64,000 nt of DNA. Origin: Blastocladiella emersonii ATCC 22665. Its lineage: Eukaryota; Fungi; Blastocladiomycota. A model generated the notes under the pieces. That model was not told the origin of the DNA. It saw only the letters and a program-made list of their open reading frames with translations, and searched no databases. The stretch's first letter is position 1. Every line of letters starts with the position of its first letter. The position numbers and the translations under genes were made by a program. The DNA lies in assembly GCA_025594325.1 (NCBI GenBank), contig JANHCV010000003.1, positions 496,001-560,000 on the forward strand. The letters run 5' to 3'. Positions 19,960-30,695 of the stretch are shown here, piece after piece.

Positions 19960-22530
19960 ATGTCCAACAACTACAACCAGTACAACCCTGACGGCGGCGC
20001 CGGCGACCTGCCGGCCGACCAGGTCGTGCCCGAGTACGAGACGCTGATGCTCATCAACCGCAGCGACGACAGCCTGTTCGAGCACATGGACGCGCCGGCC
20101 GACCTCGATGCGCTCGGCGCCCCGCCGGCGCCGATGCGCCAGTACAGCCAGCTCGACGCGCACGGCCGCCCGCTTCCGCCGCAGCGGTTCCCGTCGTCGA
20201 CGGCCGCGCTGACGGGCGGCACCGATGACGACGACCTAGCACCGCCGTCGAACCAGCTGCGCATCAAATCGACCCCGCTCGCCGCCAAGCTGCAGCAGGC
20301 GCCCGTGTCGCTGTCGTGGACCGACATCCTGCGCCCGCTCATGGACGAGGAGGGCAACCCGCACCCGGACACGTCGCTGCACATCGAGAACTTCCCGGCG
20401 CCCAGCGGGATCCACGACAACGGCGGCGGCAAGGCGAGCGACGACCAGCTGCTCGCTGCCGCCGCGAGCGCCGTGGCCCACCGCGGTATCAACGGTGGGG
20501 GGATGTCCGTGTCGGTCCCGTCGTCGCGCTCGGGCACCGTGCGCCGCAGCCGGTCGCCGTCGCGCGACGCGCGTGCCGCGCCCACAGCGCTCCCGCCGCC
20601 GCCCCCGCTCGGCACGCTCCACGGCAAGGTCGTCTCGCCCAAGGTCGACACGTGGCGCGGCAGCGAGTCGCCCAAGCGCGACCGGTCGCCCGAGCGCTTC
20701 TCGCAGTCGGCCGGGTCCGCCGAGGTGGCGGTGCCCGCGTCTCCCGCGGCGCCGCCGCAGCTCCCCGTGCACCAGCCCGTCGACGCCGACTTCATGGCGA
20801 TCGTCGCCGAGCAGGAGACGAGCCGTGCGCGGTCGCCCAGCGCCACTGCGGCGCGCCCGCACTCGCCGCCGCTCCCGTCGTCGCTCGACCCCGAGGTGGC
20901 CGCGCTGACCGAGCAGCTCGCGCTGTCGGCGGGGTCGCGGCTGCAGTCGACGCCCTCCGACGCTCAGCCCTCCTCTTCGCCCCAACGCGGTAGTATCGCG
21001 GGCGCCCAGCCCAAGGTCGACACGTGGCGCGGCGAGTCGCCGAACGCGCGCCGGCGCGCGGCGCTCGAGCAGAAGCTGCGCCAGCTGCAGCAGCAGGACC
21101 TCGAGGCGCGCCAGCGCGACGCGGCGCTGCACGCGCGCGAGCAGGAGCGGATTGCGCGCGAGCGGCGGATCCTCGAGGACGCGCAGCGGCTCGCCCGCGA
21201 GCACGAAGATAACTCGATCGGCGTCCAGGCGTGCTCGCTCGACTTCCTCGTGTCGGTCGGCGCCGAGCCCAAGCGCGAGCCGTCGCCCGCCCGTGACGGC
21301 GGCGAGTTTGCGAACCCGCCGTCACCGACCGCCAAGAAGTCGGCGGCGCAGCCCAAAGTCGATACGTGGTGGCGCGACGGCCGCCCACGGTCGCCCACCA
21401 ACAACCGCGCCGCGTCCCCACGCTCGCCGAGCGCGAGCGGGAATAGCCGGGGTGTCGGCCGCTCCGCCGACTCGCTCCAGGGCCAGCAGCAGGCGGCGCA
21501 GCAGCGCGTCCCGTCGCCCGCCCCCGTCTCGTCCGTGTCCCGCAACGGGCCCAGCGCCGGCGTCCAGGCAACGCCCGCCGCCGAGTACGCCGCGCAGACG
21601 CCTGGCCCGTCGTCGGTCCGCGCGCCCTCGCCGTCGCGCGCGTGGGCCAACGTTCCGCGCAACGCCAACGTCAACGCCGAGCCGGTCCCGGTTACCGCCG
21701 CGAGCCCGCGGATCACCATCAACACGGCCCAGCAGCAGCAGGCGCAGGCGCAGCAGCAGCAGGAGCAGCCCCCCGTCCGCCCCGGCTCCCCGCAGCGGCG
21801 CGCGCGCCCCGAGAACGTGGCCCCGCTCGTGATCCCCGGCGACCAGCGCGCGGCCGCCGTTGGGCAGCAGCAGTCCCGCACCGCGAGCGGCCAGGGCTCA
21901 GCGCGCCCGGCGCCCAAGTCGGCGGCCTCGCGGTCCTCGGCCGGGGTCGTCGACTCGGCCATCGCGACGACGCCCGCGTCGCGCACCCAGCAGCAGCAGC
22001 AGTTCCCATCGTCGCCGCGCGACCGGAAACGCACCACGTCGAACCCGCCGGCGCTGCAGGAGTCGCACGGCCCCGTGCGCGCGTACCTGCAGCAGCAGCA
22101 GCAGCAGAATCTCGGCATGTCGCAGTCCGGGGCTCCGGCGTCGCCGCTCCTCGCGCCGCCGTCACCCACGGCGCGCAGCCGTAAGTCGTCGGCCCTCGCG
22201 GGGAAGGACGCGTTCAATGGGTCGCTCGCGTCGCTCGCGTCGTCGGCGGCCGGGAGCACCAGCACGCGCGGCGGCGGGACCGGAAAGCAGCAGCGGCCAC
22301 TGACGCTGGCGCCGGGCGGCGGGCCGCCCGCGGCGCTGGCGGTGCGGCGCGGGTCGTGGGCGCACTACCTGACGCACGAGGGCGCGTACCTGGTCGTCCT
22401 GCTCGTGTTCCTGCTGCTCGTCTTCGACATGCTCACGGGCGCGTCCACGCTCAAGTTCAACAAGGGGTGCGTTCAGCTCGCGCGCCAGCTCACCAACACG
22501 GGCGACGTGGTGTGTGGCATGGCCGTGTAG
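19960..22530 (+). CDS. Uncharacterised 856-aa Ser/Pro-rich protein with 3x PKVDTW motif, short coiled coil and a single C-terminal TM helix
   Basis: A single long ORF with good ATG context (aaaccATG) and the same codon bias as neighbouring genes. The hydrophobic segment AYLVVLLVFLLLVFDML lies about 35 aa from the end. Confidence 0.75.
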   Translation: MSNNYNQYNPDGGAGDLPADQVVPEYETLMLINRSDDSLFEHMDAPADLDALGAPPAPMRQYSQLDAHGRPLPPQRFPSSTAALTGGTDDDDLAPPSNQLRIKSTPLAAKLQQAPVSLSWTDILRPLMDEEGNPHPDTSLHIENFPAPSGIHDNGGGKASDDQLLAAAASAVAHRGINGGGMSVSVPSSRSGTVRRSRSPSRDARAAPTALPPPPPLGTLHGKVVSPKVDTWRGSESPKRDRSPERFSQSAGSAEVAVPASPAAPPQLPVHQPVDADFMAIVAEQETSRARSPSATAARPHSPPLPSSLDPEVAALTEQLALSAGSRLQSTPSDAQPSSSPQRGSIAGAQPKVDTWRGESPNARRRAALEQKLRQLQQQDLEARQRDAALHAREQERIARERRILEDAQRLAREHEDNSIGVQACSLDFLVSVGAEPKREPSPARDGGEFANPPSPTAKKSAAQPKVDTWWRDGRPRSPTNNRAASPRSPSASGNSRGVGRSADSLQGQQQAAQQRVPSPAPVSSVSRNGPSAGVQATPAAEYAAQTPGPSSVRAPSPSRAWANVPRNANVNAEPVPVTAASPRITINTAQQQQAQAQQQQEQPPVRPGSPQRRARPENVAPLVIPGDQRAAAVGQQQSRTASGQGSARPAPKSAASRSSAGVVDSAIATTPASRTQQQQQFPSSPRDRKRTTSNPPALQESHGPVRAYLQQQQQQNLGMSQSGAPASPLLAPPSPTARSRKSSALAGKDAFNGSLASLASSAAGSTSTRGGGTGKQQRPLTLAPGGGPPAALAVRRGSWAHYLTHEGAYLVVLLVFLLLVFDMLTGASTLKFNKGCVQLARQLTNTGDVVCGMAV

Positions 22531-22667
22531 AGGGTGCGAGGAGGGGGATGGTGATGGTTGATTTGGGTTTCTAGTTATCGATACACTTGTGGTACTTGCT
22601 ATCGCGCACGGGCCTGCGAGCGGCGGTGGGAGGGAGCTGGAGTGACTGCCCAAGGGAGAAAAAGAAC

Positions 22668-22739
22668 TGCCGCCTGGGAGGATCGAACACCCGGCCTTTG
22701 CTTTACGAGAGCAACGCTCTGCCACTGAGCTAAGGCGGC
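22668..22739 (-). tRNA. tRNA-Thr (anticodon CGT)
   Basis: Minus strand: GCCGCCT TA GCTC AGTGGCA GAGC G TTGCT CT-CGT-AA AGCAA AGGCC GGGTG TTCGATC CTCCC AGGCGGC A. The 7-bp acceptor stem is perfect, A and B boxes are present, and a TTTTT terminator follows just downstream. There is one T-T mismatch in the T stem. Confidence 0.92.
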
Positions 22740-22867
22740 CTGTGGGGAGGCCGCCTCGTGCTCGTTCCGACCACGTCGATAGTATATCTCGACGCGTTTC
22801 AAGTGGCGCGGCGCGTCTCGTACTTCCCTCACTGAGCCCGAACGCTTCCAGGACCTCGTGTATTCCG

Positions 22868-25800
22868 CTACCGATCATCCACGCGAACAACCACCGGTAC
22901 ACTGACCGTGATCGTGATCTCGCTCCCTCCGACATGCGTCCCGCGCGCAAGCTCGCGCTCAACGGTCCCGCCAAGCCGCGCGACCATCTGCACGAGCGCC
23001 GCGTGCGTGAGCTCGACACCTCCAAACTGCTCCCCGCCCGATCCGAGCGGCACTTCGAGGAGGCCGGGCGACTCGCACGCGAGACAGTCCGGCGCGACTC
23101 GGCTGATGGTCACGGCCAGCTTGACGTCGAGCCGAGTGGCGCGCGAGACCTGGCGCGGCCGCGACCGTGGCCCGGTGCTGATCGCCGCCGGGCTCGTTGG
23201 ATCCGCGGTCACTGTCGTGAGCACGAGCCACCGCGCGCGCGGGAGCGAGACGGCCGCGCCGACGGCGACCGTCTTGGCCAGGACCGCGCGGAGCGGTGCG
23301 CCCGCGTCCGAGCTGAGGTACCGCGCCGCGGCGACGCACAGCGGTGGGCCGACGCTCTGTAGCTGGACGTCGGTGAGGACCGCGAGCTGCTTGGCGTCGC
23401 GCGCCCGCCGCTGCTCGCCGAGCGCGTCGTCAATGACGCGGCGCAGGACGACCTCGAGCGGCTGCTGGACCGCGCTCGCCATGGTGTGGGCCGGCGGCCC
23501 ATCGGCAGCCGGCGCGATCGGGATGCCGACGAACCCGGCCACGTCGTCGAGCACGGCCTTCATATGATGCGCCGCCTCGCCCGCGCCGGCCAGCTCGCCG
23601 GGGTGCCCGCACGCCGCGAGCGCGGCGTCGAACTCGGCCAGGTCGCCCACCGCGTCGCGCGCGAGGTCCGAGACGCTGCCGACGATGAACTCGAGCAGGC
23701 GGTACCGCGCGCGAGCCGCCTCGGTCGCGCGGCGCTCGAGCGCGGCGGCCACACGGACGTGCTCGACTTGATCCGAAATGTCGTGGAACAGCACGATTTG
23801 CGCAAAGTCGTCGTCGCCGAGCGAGTGTCTGGCGGCGGGGTCGGGCGAGAGGGAGCCTTCCTCGACGCTTGCGGACAGCACGCTCGCCAGCGGGCGGTCG
23901 TCGATCTCGCTCGCGTCGACGATGCTGATCGACGCCTGTACGGGCAGCGTTGACCCGTCGCTGCGCCGCACCGTGCCCTCGCACGTGCCGGGGTCGAGCG
24001 GAAGTGTCGACGGCGTGTCGTGGGATGAGCCGCGCGAGCGGGACGGCGTGGTTGCTGGGCGAGAGGGCGTCGAGGACGAGCTCGAGGTGTAGGTGGCAGC
24101 TGTTGTCGAAGTCGCCGCCGACGGCTCGAGCACGGGCAGCGGCTCGCGCTCCCCCTCGTTGACGGTGAGGAGCGCCGAGACGTGCATCTGGTTGAGCTCG
24201 GCCATCGAGTACCCCGAGATGGCGATCGTCACGTCGTTGACGCCGATGATCCGGCCGTGCGAGTCGAGCAGGAGCATCGCGTCCGGGATCGCTTGCGTGA
24301 TAGCCTTGGAATATTCCTGCAACGTCCCCAAAAGCCGTTCCTGCACGCGGAGCCGGTGCAGCGTCTGCCGCGACACGATGACGCGGCGGAGCCCGCGCCG
24401 CGCGAGCTCGGCCATGAGCGCAAACGACGTGAGCACCACGCCTAACAGGACCCACGGCCACACGGTATGGAACCGCGCCCGGTACGCCCGCGTCGGCGTG
24501 CACTCGGCGGTCCACGGCGCCTCGCTCGTCGCGTGCAGCGGCAGCACGTACCGGTCGCGCCGCACGAGACCCGCGGTACTGTTGGGCCCGTAGTACAGGA
24601 CCTCCTGCTGCGTCGCCGGGTACACGATGCGGAGCGCGGCCTCGGTGCGCGCCGGCACGCCGCGCGTGATGTCGAGCGTCGCGGTGAACAGGTCGTCGAG
24701 GAGCATGGCCATGGTCACGAACCACTGCGTGAAGGGGGTCGATTTTGTCGCGGCAGGGCGGTCGCGGACGACCAGGTACCCGATCAAGCCAAGCTTCTCG
24801 ACGTCGACGAGTTTCAAGGGAGGCGTGATGGCCCATTTCCTCGTACGGTTCGTCTCGGTAATGACCGCGCGGCGCGGCGGCGAGGACAGGAGGTTCAGCC
24901 CGACAATGGAGAGGTTCGAGGCCGAAACGGGATATCTACGCGGGGCGCGCGTGGTGAGCGAGAGATTATGGCGAGTATAACTTGGAAGGAGCGCACATCA
25001 GAGCAAGCGGGCACAGGATCTTGTCGTTAGCAATGATCGACGTGTCGTTGTTGTACATGGGCTTCCGGTAGAGCGAGTTGTACAGCGGGACCTGGTCGGC
25101 CGTGATGATCGGGCACATGGAGAGCGTGTAGATGATGCTGGAGCTGAACGAGGAGCGGCTTGCGAAGCGGGTGAACGATTCTAACGGAAAGCGGCAGGTG
25201 AGCGTGTGGTCGATGGGGGAGAAAAGAGTCACGTACCGGCCGTGACCTCGGGGCTCGCGTACACGAACGCGGCCACGTTCTCAATGAACTGCTTGAGCCT
25301 GACCTGGAGCGCCATCTCGAGCGACCGCACGCTCAGCTGGCACCGCGTCTGGAAGTCGCGCTGAAAAGTCCGCGTTTCGACGCCCTTGAACCACTCGAGG
25401 AGGCAGACCGCGGCGCCTAGTAGCAGGCGTCAGTGAGCATGGGTGAACCGTCGACTAGGGCTCGGCTCAAGTTCGCACCAATGCCGACGAGAGCGATAAC
25501 GGACGCGACGACGAGCGGAAGCCAAGACTTTGACGGACCGTTGAGGCGCCCAAGAACCTTGTGGGTCCACGGCTCGCCGTCATGCGAGTCGGCCGTGCGA
25601 GTGTGTGTCCTGGTTCGGAGCGAGGACGGGCTTCGTGTCGGGACGTCATGGCCGTAGGGATGCGATATTGAGGGCAGGCCTGGAAAGCGTGGGCCATCCA
25701 GCGAGGACCGCGAAGGGCCGCTGCCGACGGAGTGAAAGTCATAGCCGTGACGAGAGCGGGTTGCGAGCGCGGGGTGGGGTTCCGGCCCAAGCAGCGGCGA

Positions 25801-25914
25801 CGTGGGCTGGTCATCGAGGAGCGGCGTGTCGCTCGCGAACGCTGCCGAGGGCGCATCGCCGGCGAGCTGGTCCTGCATGCGGCGTCTCATGCCGTTGCGA
25901 GGGGTGTGGTACAT
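22868..25914 (-). CDS. CHASE-TM-PAS sensor with a degenerate (pseudo) histidine-kinase core and no receiver (about 955 aa, 4 exons)
   Basis: Exons 25914-25479, 25416-25237, 25180-24997 and 24935-22868 (start could also be 25935 or 25878). Architecture: TM1 (WLPLVVASVIALVGIG|AAVCLL); CHASE-like (AAFVYASPEVTA|ESFTRF..MCPII..CPLALI|YPVSASNLSIVGLNLLSSPPRRAVI..ITPPLKLV..WTAECTPT); TM2 (WPWVLLGVVLTSFALMA); PAS (AIPDAMLLLDSHGRIIGVN..SGYSMAEL..RRSDGSTLPV..LFHDIS); degenerate HisKA/HATPase. Confidence 0.8.
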
Positions 25915-28639
25915 GGTAGGGTGGAATTGATTCATCGATTTTCGCGGCCGGCAACTTCGCGCGCGAAGGGGTGATCGGGGCCCGCGTGCGAACCGCGTCC
26001 GTTTACCGCGTTCGTTCACCGCGTCGCGTGCACGCGTTTTGCCGAACGGGGCAGGTCGCACGGGCTCCCATGCTCGGCGATCGGCGGCTCGTCCGCTCAC
26101 CCGGCGCCGGTCCTAGACATCCGCGTTGGCCTCGACAGGTTTAGCTCCATGCAACTGGTTTTGCACCAGGCTTAGAGGGCATGGTGCCGATCTTTAACTT
26201 GTGATGTACACTCCATCCTTGATGCTTCCTCTCAGGTGGTGACGTCGATCGAGCCCGTGGCCGTGAATCGCCATCCGTGCGCCCTTCTGCAGAGCTTGTT
26301 TGCCTTGTAAGTACCATCTAGGTGCCAGCTGCCGGTTTGCGTCGAATGGTGCGAGCAAAGGCAGCCTCATTCCGCAGACCAGCAATCGGTGCGACAGCAG
26401 GGATACATGGAGGGGATGTGGCTGGTCTATCTCGCTCGATCAGAGCAAGTTATATCTGTCCGGGAGCCAGCATGCCCGGGCAGACCGACGGTCGAAGGAA
26501 ACCCCGTGAGTGTCGAGGTGCAAGGCGACGCGTGGCGCCACAGCGTGAGCCGCGTGGGCCATCGCCTCACCACGGCAGCCTCCCCGCTTCCCTCGAGCCT
26601 CCGCTCTCGACTCAACTCGTTTTCATGCAACGACATGTGCTCATGAACCTAGACCCCATGCAATCGAATGAACGGTTGGTCAAGGAAGGATAGCGGGCGT
26701 TCCGCATCCTGGTCGCGACGTAGCGTGTCCAGAGCAGGTCCGACGCCTGAACGAGGGAGCTCGGACATTTACGAGAAGACTTGCGACCCCGCAGACCAGA
26801 CCGCGGTACTTGAGAACCCAGCGACACTCCGCGAGGTGAGGTCAGGCCGGATGACAGGCCCTCGCCCCTGCTGAAACGCCTCAACTCGCAGCAGTTAAAA
26901 CCCACAACCGCCGCCCGCTGATCGCAATGACTTTTCGCTAAGCCCCCGCCCACCCTCTTTCCTGTTCATTGCGTAAAGTGCGGCGACACGGTTTACTGTT
27001 TCCCAGAGTCTGGAGGTTCCGCCTGGCTATGCCGCTCCTCTGTCGCCCGTGTCACAGATCCACTCTCTCAACTTCGTGCCGTATACTCGAGCCGGCGCCC
27101 TGTCCGGCCCGAGGGGAACGCGAGTTGGACATACTCTCCTTCGGAAGGAACTCGGTTCCCGCGATGGATGTGTTGCTACTTTCTTCTCGTCGGGGCTGTG
27201 AGTTTGCCAGGAATGGCCACCTCGGCGATCATGAGAGAGGCATGTTCCAAAAGACAACTGGTCATGCGATACGAGACGTCAGTCGTTGGTCGTTGTTTGC
27301 CGCCCGCCGGTCTTCCGTCTGTCCACCTTGGACCACTCTGAGAGGACCGATCGATCGTGTTGGCCGGGCTCGGCGCGCACGCGGAGAACAAACTCGATGA
27401 CGGTGCGTGAGATTGCTTGCTACCGCAGCGTGCGCGTCCGAATGAGAGAACTAGGTAGGCTTGGAAAGGAGACTCGAGGAAAAGTGTGTTTGAGCAATGA
27501 TGGACGTGTCGCTGGCTGCCTACATCGTGGCTCGTGGGCAGCGGTTCAGGTCAACAACAACACGGGGGCGCTAGAAGGAACCGATCCGACCAACCCACCT
27601 CAAAAACTCGAATCCGCTCTCCCCATGTGTTTTTTTTTCCTCGGCTTTGATGAGGGTGCGCACGGTCGTCAAGTTCCCACTCCTTGCCTTGGTCAGGCGA
27701 TCCGTGGCCGCATCACCGTTCCCATCAACCTTTGTCGGTGGCGGACGCGACGTGACGCGACGCGACGCGACCGTCGCGTCCCTTCGTCCCTTGGAGGAGT
27801 TTCAGTCGTGCGCCACGACCGACCACAGCGCTGCTACGAGGAATATGTTTCGTTTGATTGATATCACCCACGAATACCGTGTCCAAACCGCGTGGTATAA
27901 ATCCTCGCATCGCGACATAAGCTGGCTGGCCGGCCGGCCGCGAGACTCGAAAATTGCCTCGCACCGGGCTCACGTGAAAGTCAGCTGATGCTACTCGACG
28001 CGTCGAACGCGTCGTCTCGTCTCGTCTCGTCTCCTCTTGCCCCACAGCACGAAAGCGTCTCCCGGCAACTGTCCAGCGGTCAACGACGCATCTTGACAAA
28101 TGGTGAGCCACGAGCCGCGAGCCACGAAGGCGGGAGGCGGCTGGCAGCACCGCGCGGGCGCGGCACCAATCGCGAAGGGCCGAACGCACCGGACGCCGAA
28201 CGGCATTGTGGGTTTTCCCTCTTATTTGGCGGCCACGGCACGAACGCGCGCGCGCGCGCGCAAGAGCACCTCTCCCACGCCACGCCACGCGGCCCAAAAT
28301 CCTCCTCCTCGCGTGTCCGGATCGCGTCCTGCATCGTTTCGTTCAACCGGGCGGTCCTCCTCCTCGTCGTCGCCACCCTTGCTCTCCCTCCCTCCTACCC
28401 ATCCATGATCTCGCGGATACTACCACGCTACACTGGAACCATGACATCGACCTGACCGACCGAGCCCGCGCGCGCGCGCACACACGCTGTGATCAAGGAC
28501 CGTCCCCGCGCTACGGCGTCGCGTCGCGTGGCGTTCGTCGACGACGACGACGACGAGTCACTTCGTGCAACGTCTCGCGCGCGCACGCATGTGAGCGTGG
28601 GTGTGATGAAAAGGATGGAGCGAAGACCTGATTGATCTC

Positions 28640-29330
28640 TGCGTCGTGTGCCAACTCGACTGACAACGTTCACCCTCGCTCGTTCCGGGCTCGCTACGCC
28701 TGTGCCCCTTTCGTCCAGATCCATTACCCTGCTCTCGCTCCCCGATCCGCTCTTCCTCTTCCTCTTCCTCTTCCTCGTGTGCTCCACCTGGGTCCTGCTG
28801 CTCGTGCTCGTGCTCGTGCTCGTCAAGTCGTCAAGTCGTCAAGTCGTCAAGTCGTCGTCGTCGTCGGTCCTCGAGAGCTCCATCAAGCTCGTTTGGTCGG
28901 GTCGTGCCTCGTGCTCGGCGTGCTCGCGCACGTGGTCCAAGTCGGCCTTCTTCGGGTACCTCCCCGGCCGGCTGACGGCGACTCGATCCGCCGCCCGCTG
29001 CTACTACGACTACTCGCGCGGCATGGGCGGCCGACGGCCAAGTTCGGCTTCGACTTCGACTCGTGCGACCACGGGTTCGACAACAACTGCAACACGGGCA
29101 TTAAGGTCAAGGTCCTCGCCCGCGTCCGCGTCCGCGTACGCGTACGCGCCGGCAAGTACATTTTCCTCGTCTCGGGCGGCGGTCGTGCTCCTGGTCCTGG
29201 TCCTGCGGCTGCGGCATCGTCACCATCTCCATGACCGTGTCCATGTCAGCAAGCCGTCAGCGGTCCCGTGCAGCAGTATCATCATCAAGTCGGCCGGGTA
29301 CGGGTACGGGTACGGGTACGCGCCCGCGCT
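28640..29330 (+). pseudogene. Decayed coding remnant broken up by short tandem repeats
   Basis: Codon-biased fragments in shifting frames (VLESSIKLVWS, WSKSAFFGYLP, YYDYSRGMGGR, AKFGFDFDSCDHGFDNN, GKYIFLVSGGG) are interleaved with (CTCTTC)n, (GCTCGT)n, (GTCAAGTC)n and (CGGGTA)4. Confidence 0.35.
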
Positions 29331-30170
29331 TGCGCGAGCCGCGTCGGGTCGGGCGTGCCCTCGTGTGTCGTGTCTTTGTGTGTGTGGTGCGTCGTCTACT
29401 CGCTGGATCGGAGGCCGGCCTCGCCGCCTTCTGCTCTCCTCGTGGGGGTTTGGAGGCGGCTAGCGTCGTCTCCGTTTCGGCGAGCCGAACGTGGCGGCTT
29501 TGTGCGTGGAGGAGAGCGGCGTGAATCGGGCGCATCTGATGCGCTCGGGCCGCCGGTGGAAGCAACCGCCATTGCTCTTCTCTATTGTGCGTGGACCCGA
29601 GCCAAGTACGCACTCACTGCCCCCGCGTTCATGTGGTGTGTCCCCCCACTTAACCCCGCCCGCTCGTTATCGTTGTCCTCGCCGTCCAACTGTGCTGCGC
29701 CGTGGCTCCTTGTGGGTTCGGCCGGTCGGTTCGGTTTGGTCGGAGGCGGCGGTGACACGGGCGTGTGTGGGCTGGAAGACCTGGGACGCGGACCCGGGAG
29801 CGAGTCGGAACGCGCAAGGACGGTCTGCCAGCGCTCGAAGCCAGCCAGTCCTCGCCGACAAAGGGCGTCTCATCGTACGTACGTGGACCCTGTCGACGTT
29901 GCGCGCGCATGGAGCGGAGCGATGCAAATCAATCCCCTCTGTGCGCGTCAATACGGCTGGGCCCGCGGCGATGATGATTGCTCTGGCGGGGTCACCGCCA
30001 CCGCGTGTCAACCTTCTGGCGGTAGTGTGCGCTCGGGTCTGCTGCTCGCGCGGCAGACCTAAAGGGTGCGCCTCGCTGGAAAGACGCTGACTACGCACAC
30101 GGGTCGCGCACGGCTCGATCGTCTCGTTTGTCGTCGTTGTCGTCGCCCTTCGTCATCACCATCTCAATTC

Positions 30171-30695
30171 GACGTCGCCCACCTCGCCCCGCGCTCAACT
30201 CGCCCACCTCGCCCCGCGCTCACCTCGCCCGCCTCGCCCCGCGCTCACCTCGCCCACCTCGCCCCGCGCTCACCTCGCCCGCCTCGCCCCGCGCTCACCT
30301 CGCCCACCTCGCCCCGCGCTCACCTCGCCCGCCTCGCCCCGCGCTCACCTCGCCCACCTCGCCCCGCGCTCACCTCGCCCACCTCGCCCCGCGCTCACCT
30401 CGCCCACCTCGCCCCGCGCTCACCTCGCCCGCCTCGCCCCGCGCTCACCTCGCCCACCTCGCCCCGCGCTCACCTCGCCCGCCTCGCCCCGCGCTCACCT
30501 CGCCCGCCTCGCCCCGCGCTCACCTCGCCCACCTCGCCCCGCGCTCACCTCGCCCACCTCGCCCCGCGCTCACCTCGCCCACCTCGCCCCGCGCTCACCT
30601 CGCCCGCCTCGCCCCGCGCTCACCTCGCCCACCTCGCCCCGCGCTCACCTCGCCCGCCTCGCCCCGCGCTCACCTCGCCCACCTCGCCCACCTCG
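30171..30695 (+). repeat. 25-nt minisatellite, 21 head-to-tail copies, unit CACCTCGCCC[A/G]CCTCGCCCCGCGCT
   Basis: Counted directly. The period is exactly 25 (variable base at 30181, 30206, ... 30681), there are no spacers, and only the first and last units are otherwise degenerate. Confidence 0.97.

Noticed and set aside
26100-27650. Intact transposon or LTR element
   Set aside because: No terminal inverted repeats, LTR pair, or RT/integrase/transposase motifs could be found by eye. It is kept only as an unexplained low-GC segment.
30171-30695. Repeat array as a CRISPR array or as the coding ORFs 30066-31127 and 30128-30799
   Set aside because: The units are head-to-tail with no unique spacers, no cas genes are present and the context is eukaryotic. 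The 25-nt period cycles through all three frames, so the SPTSPRAHL-type ORFs are artefacts of a stop-free C-rich repeat.
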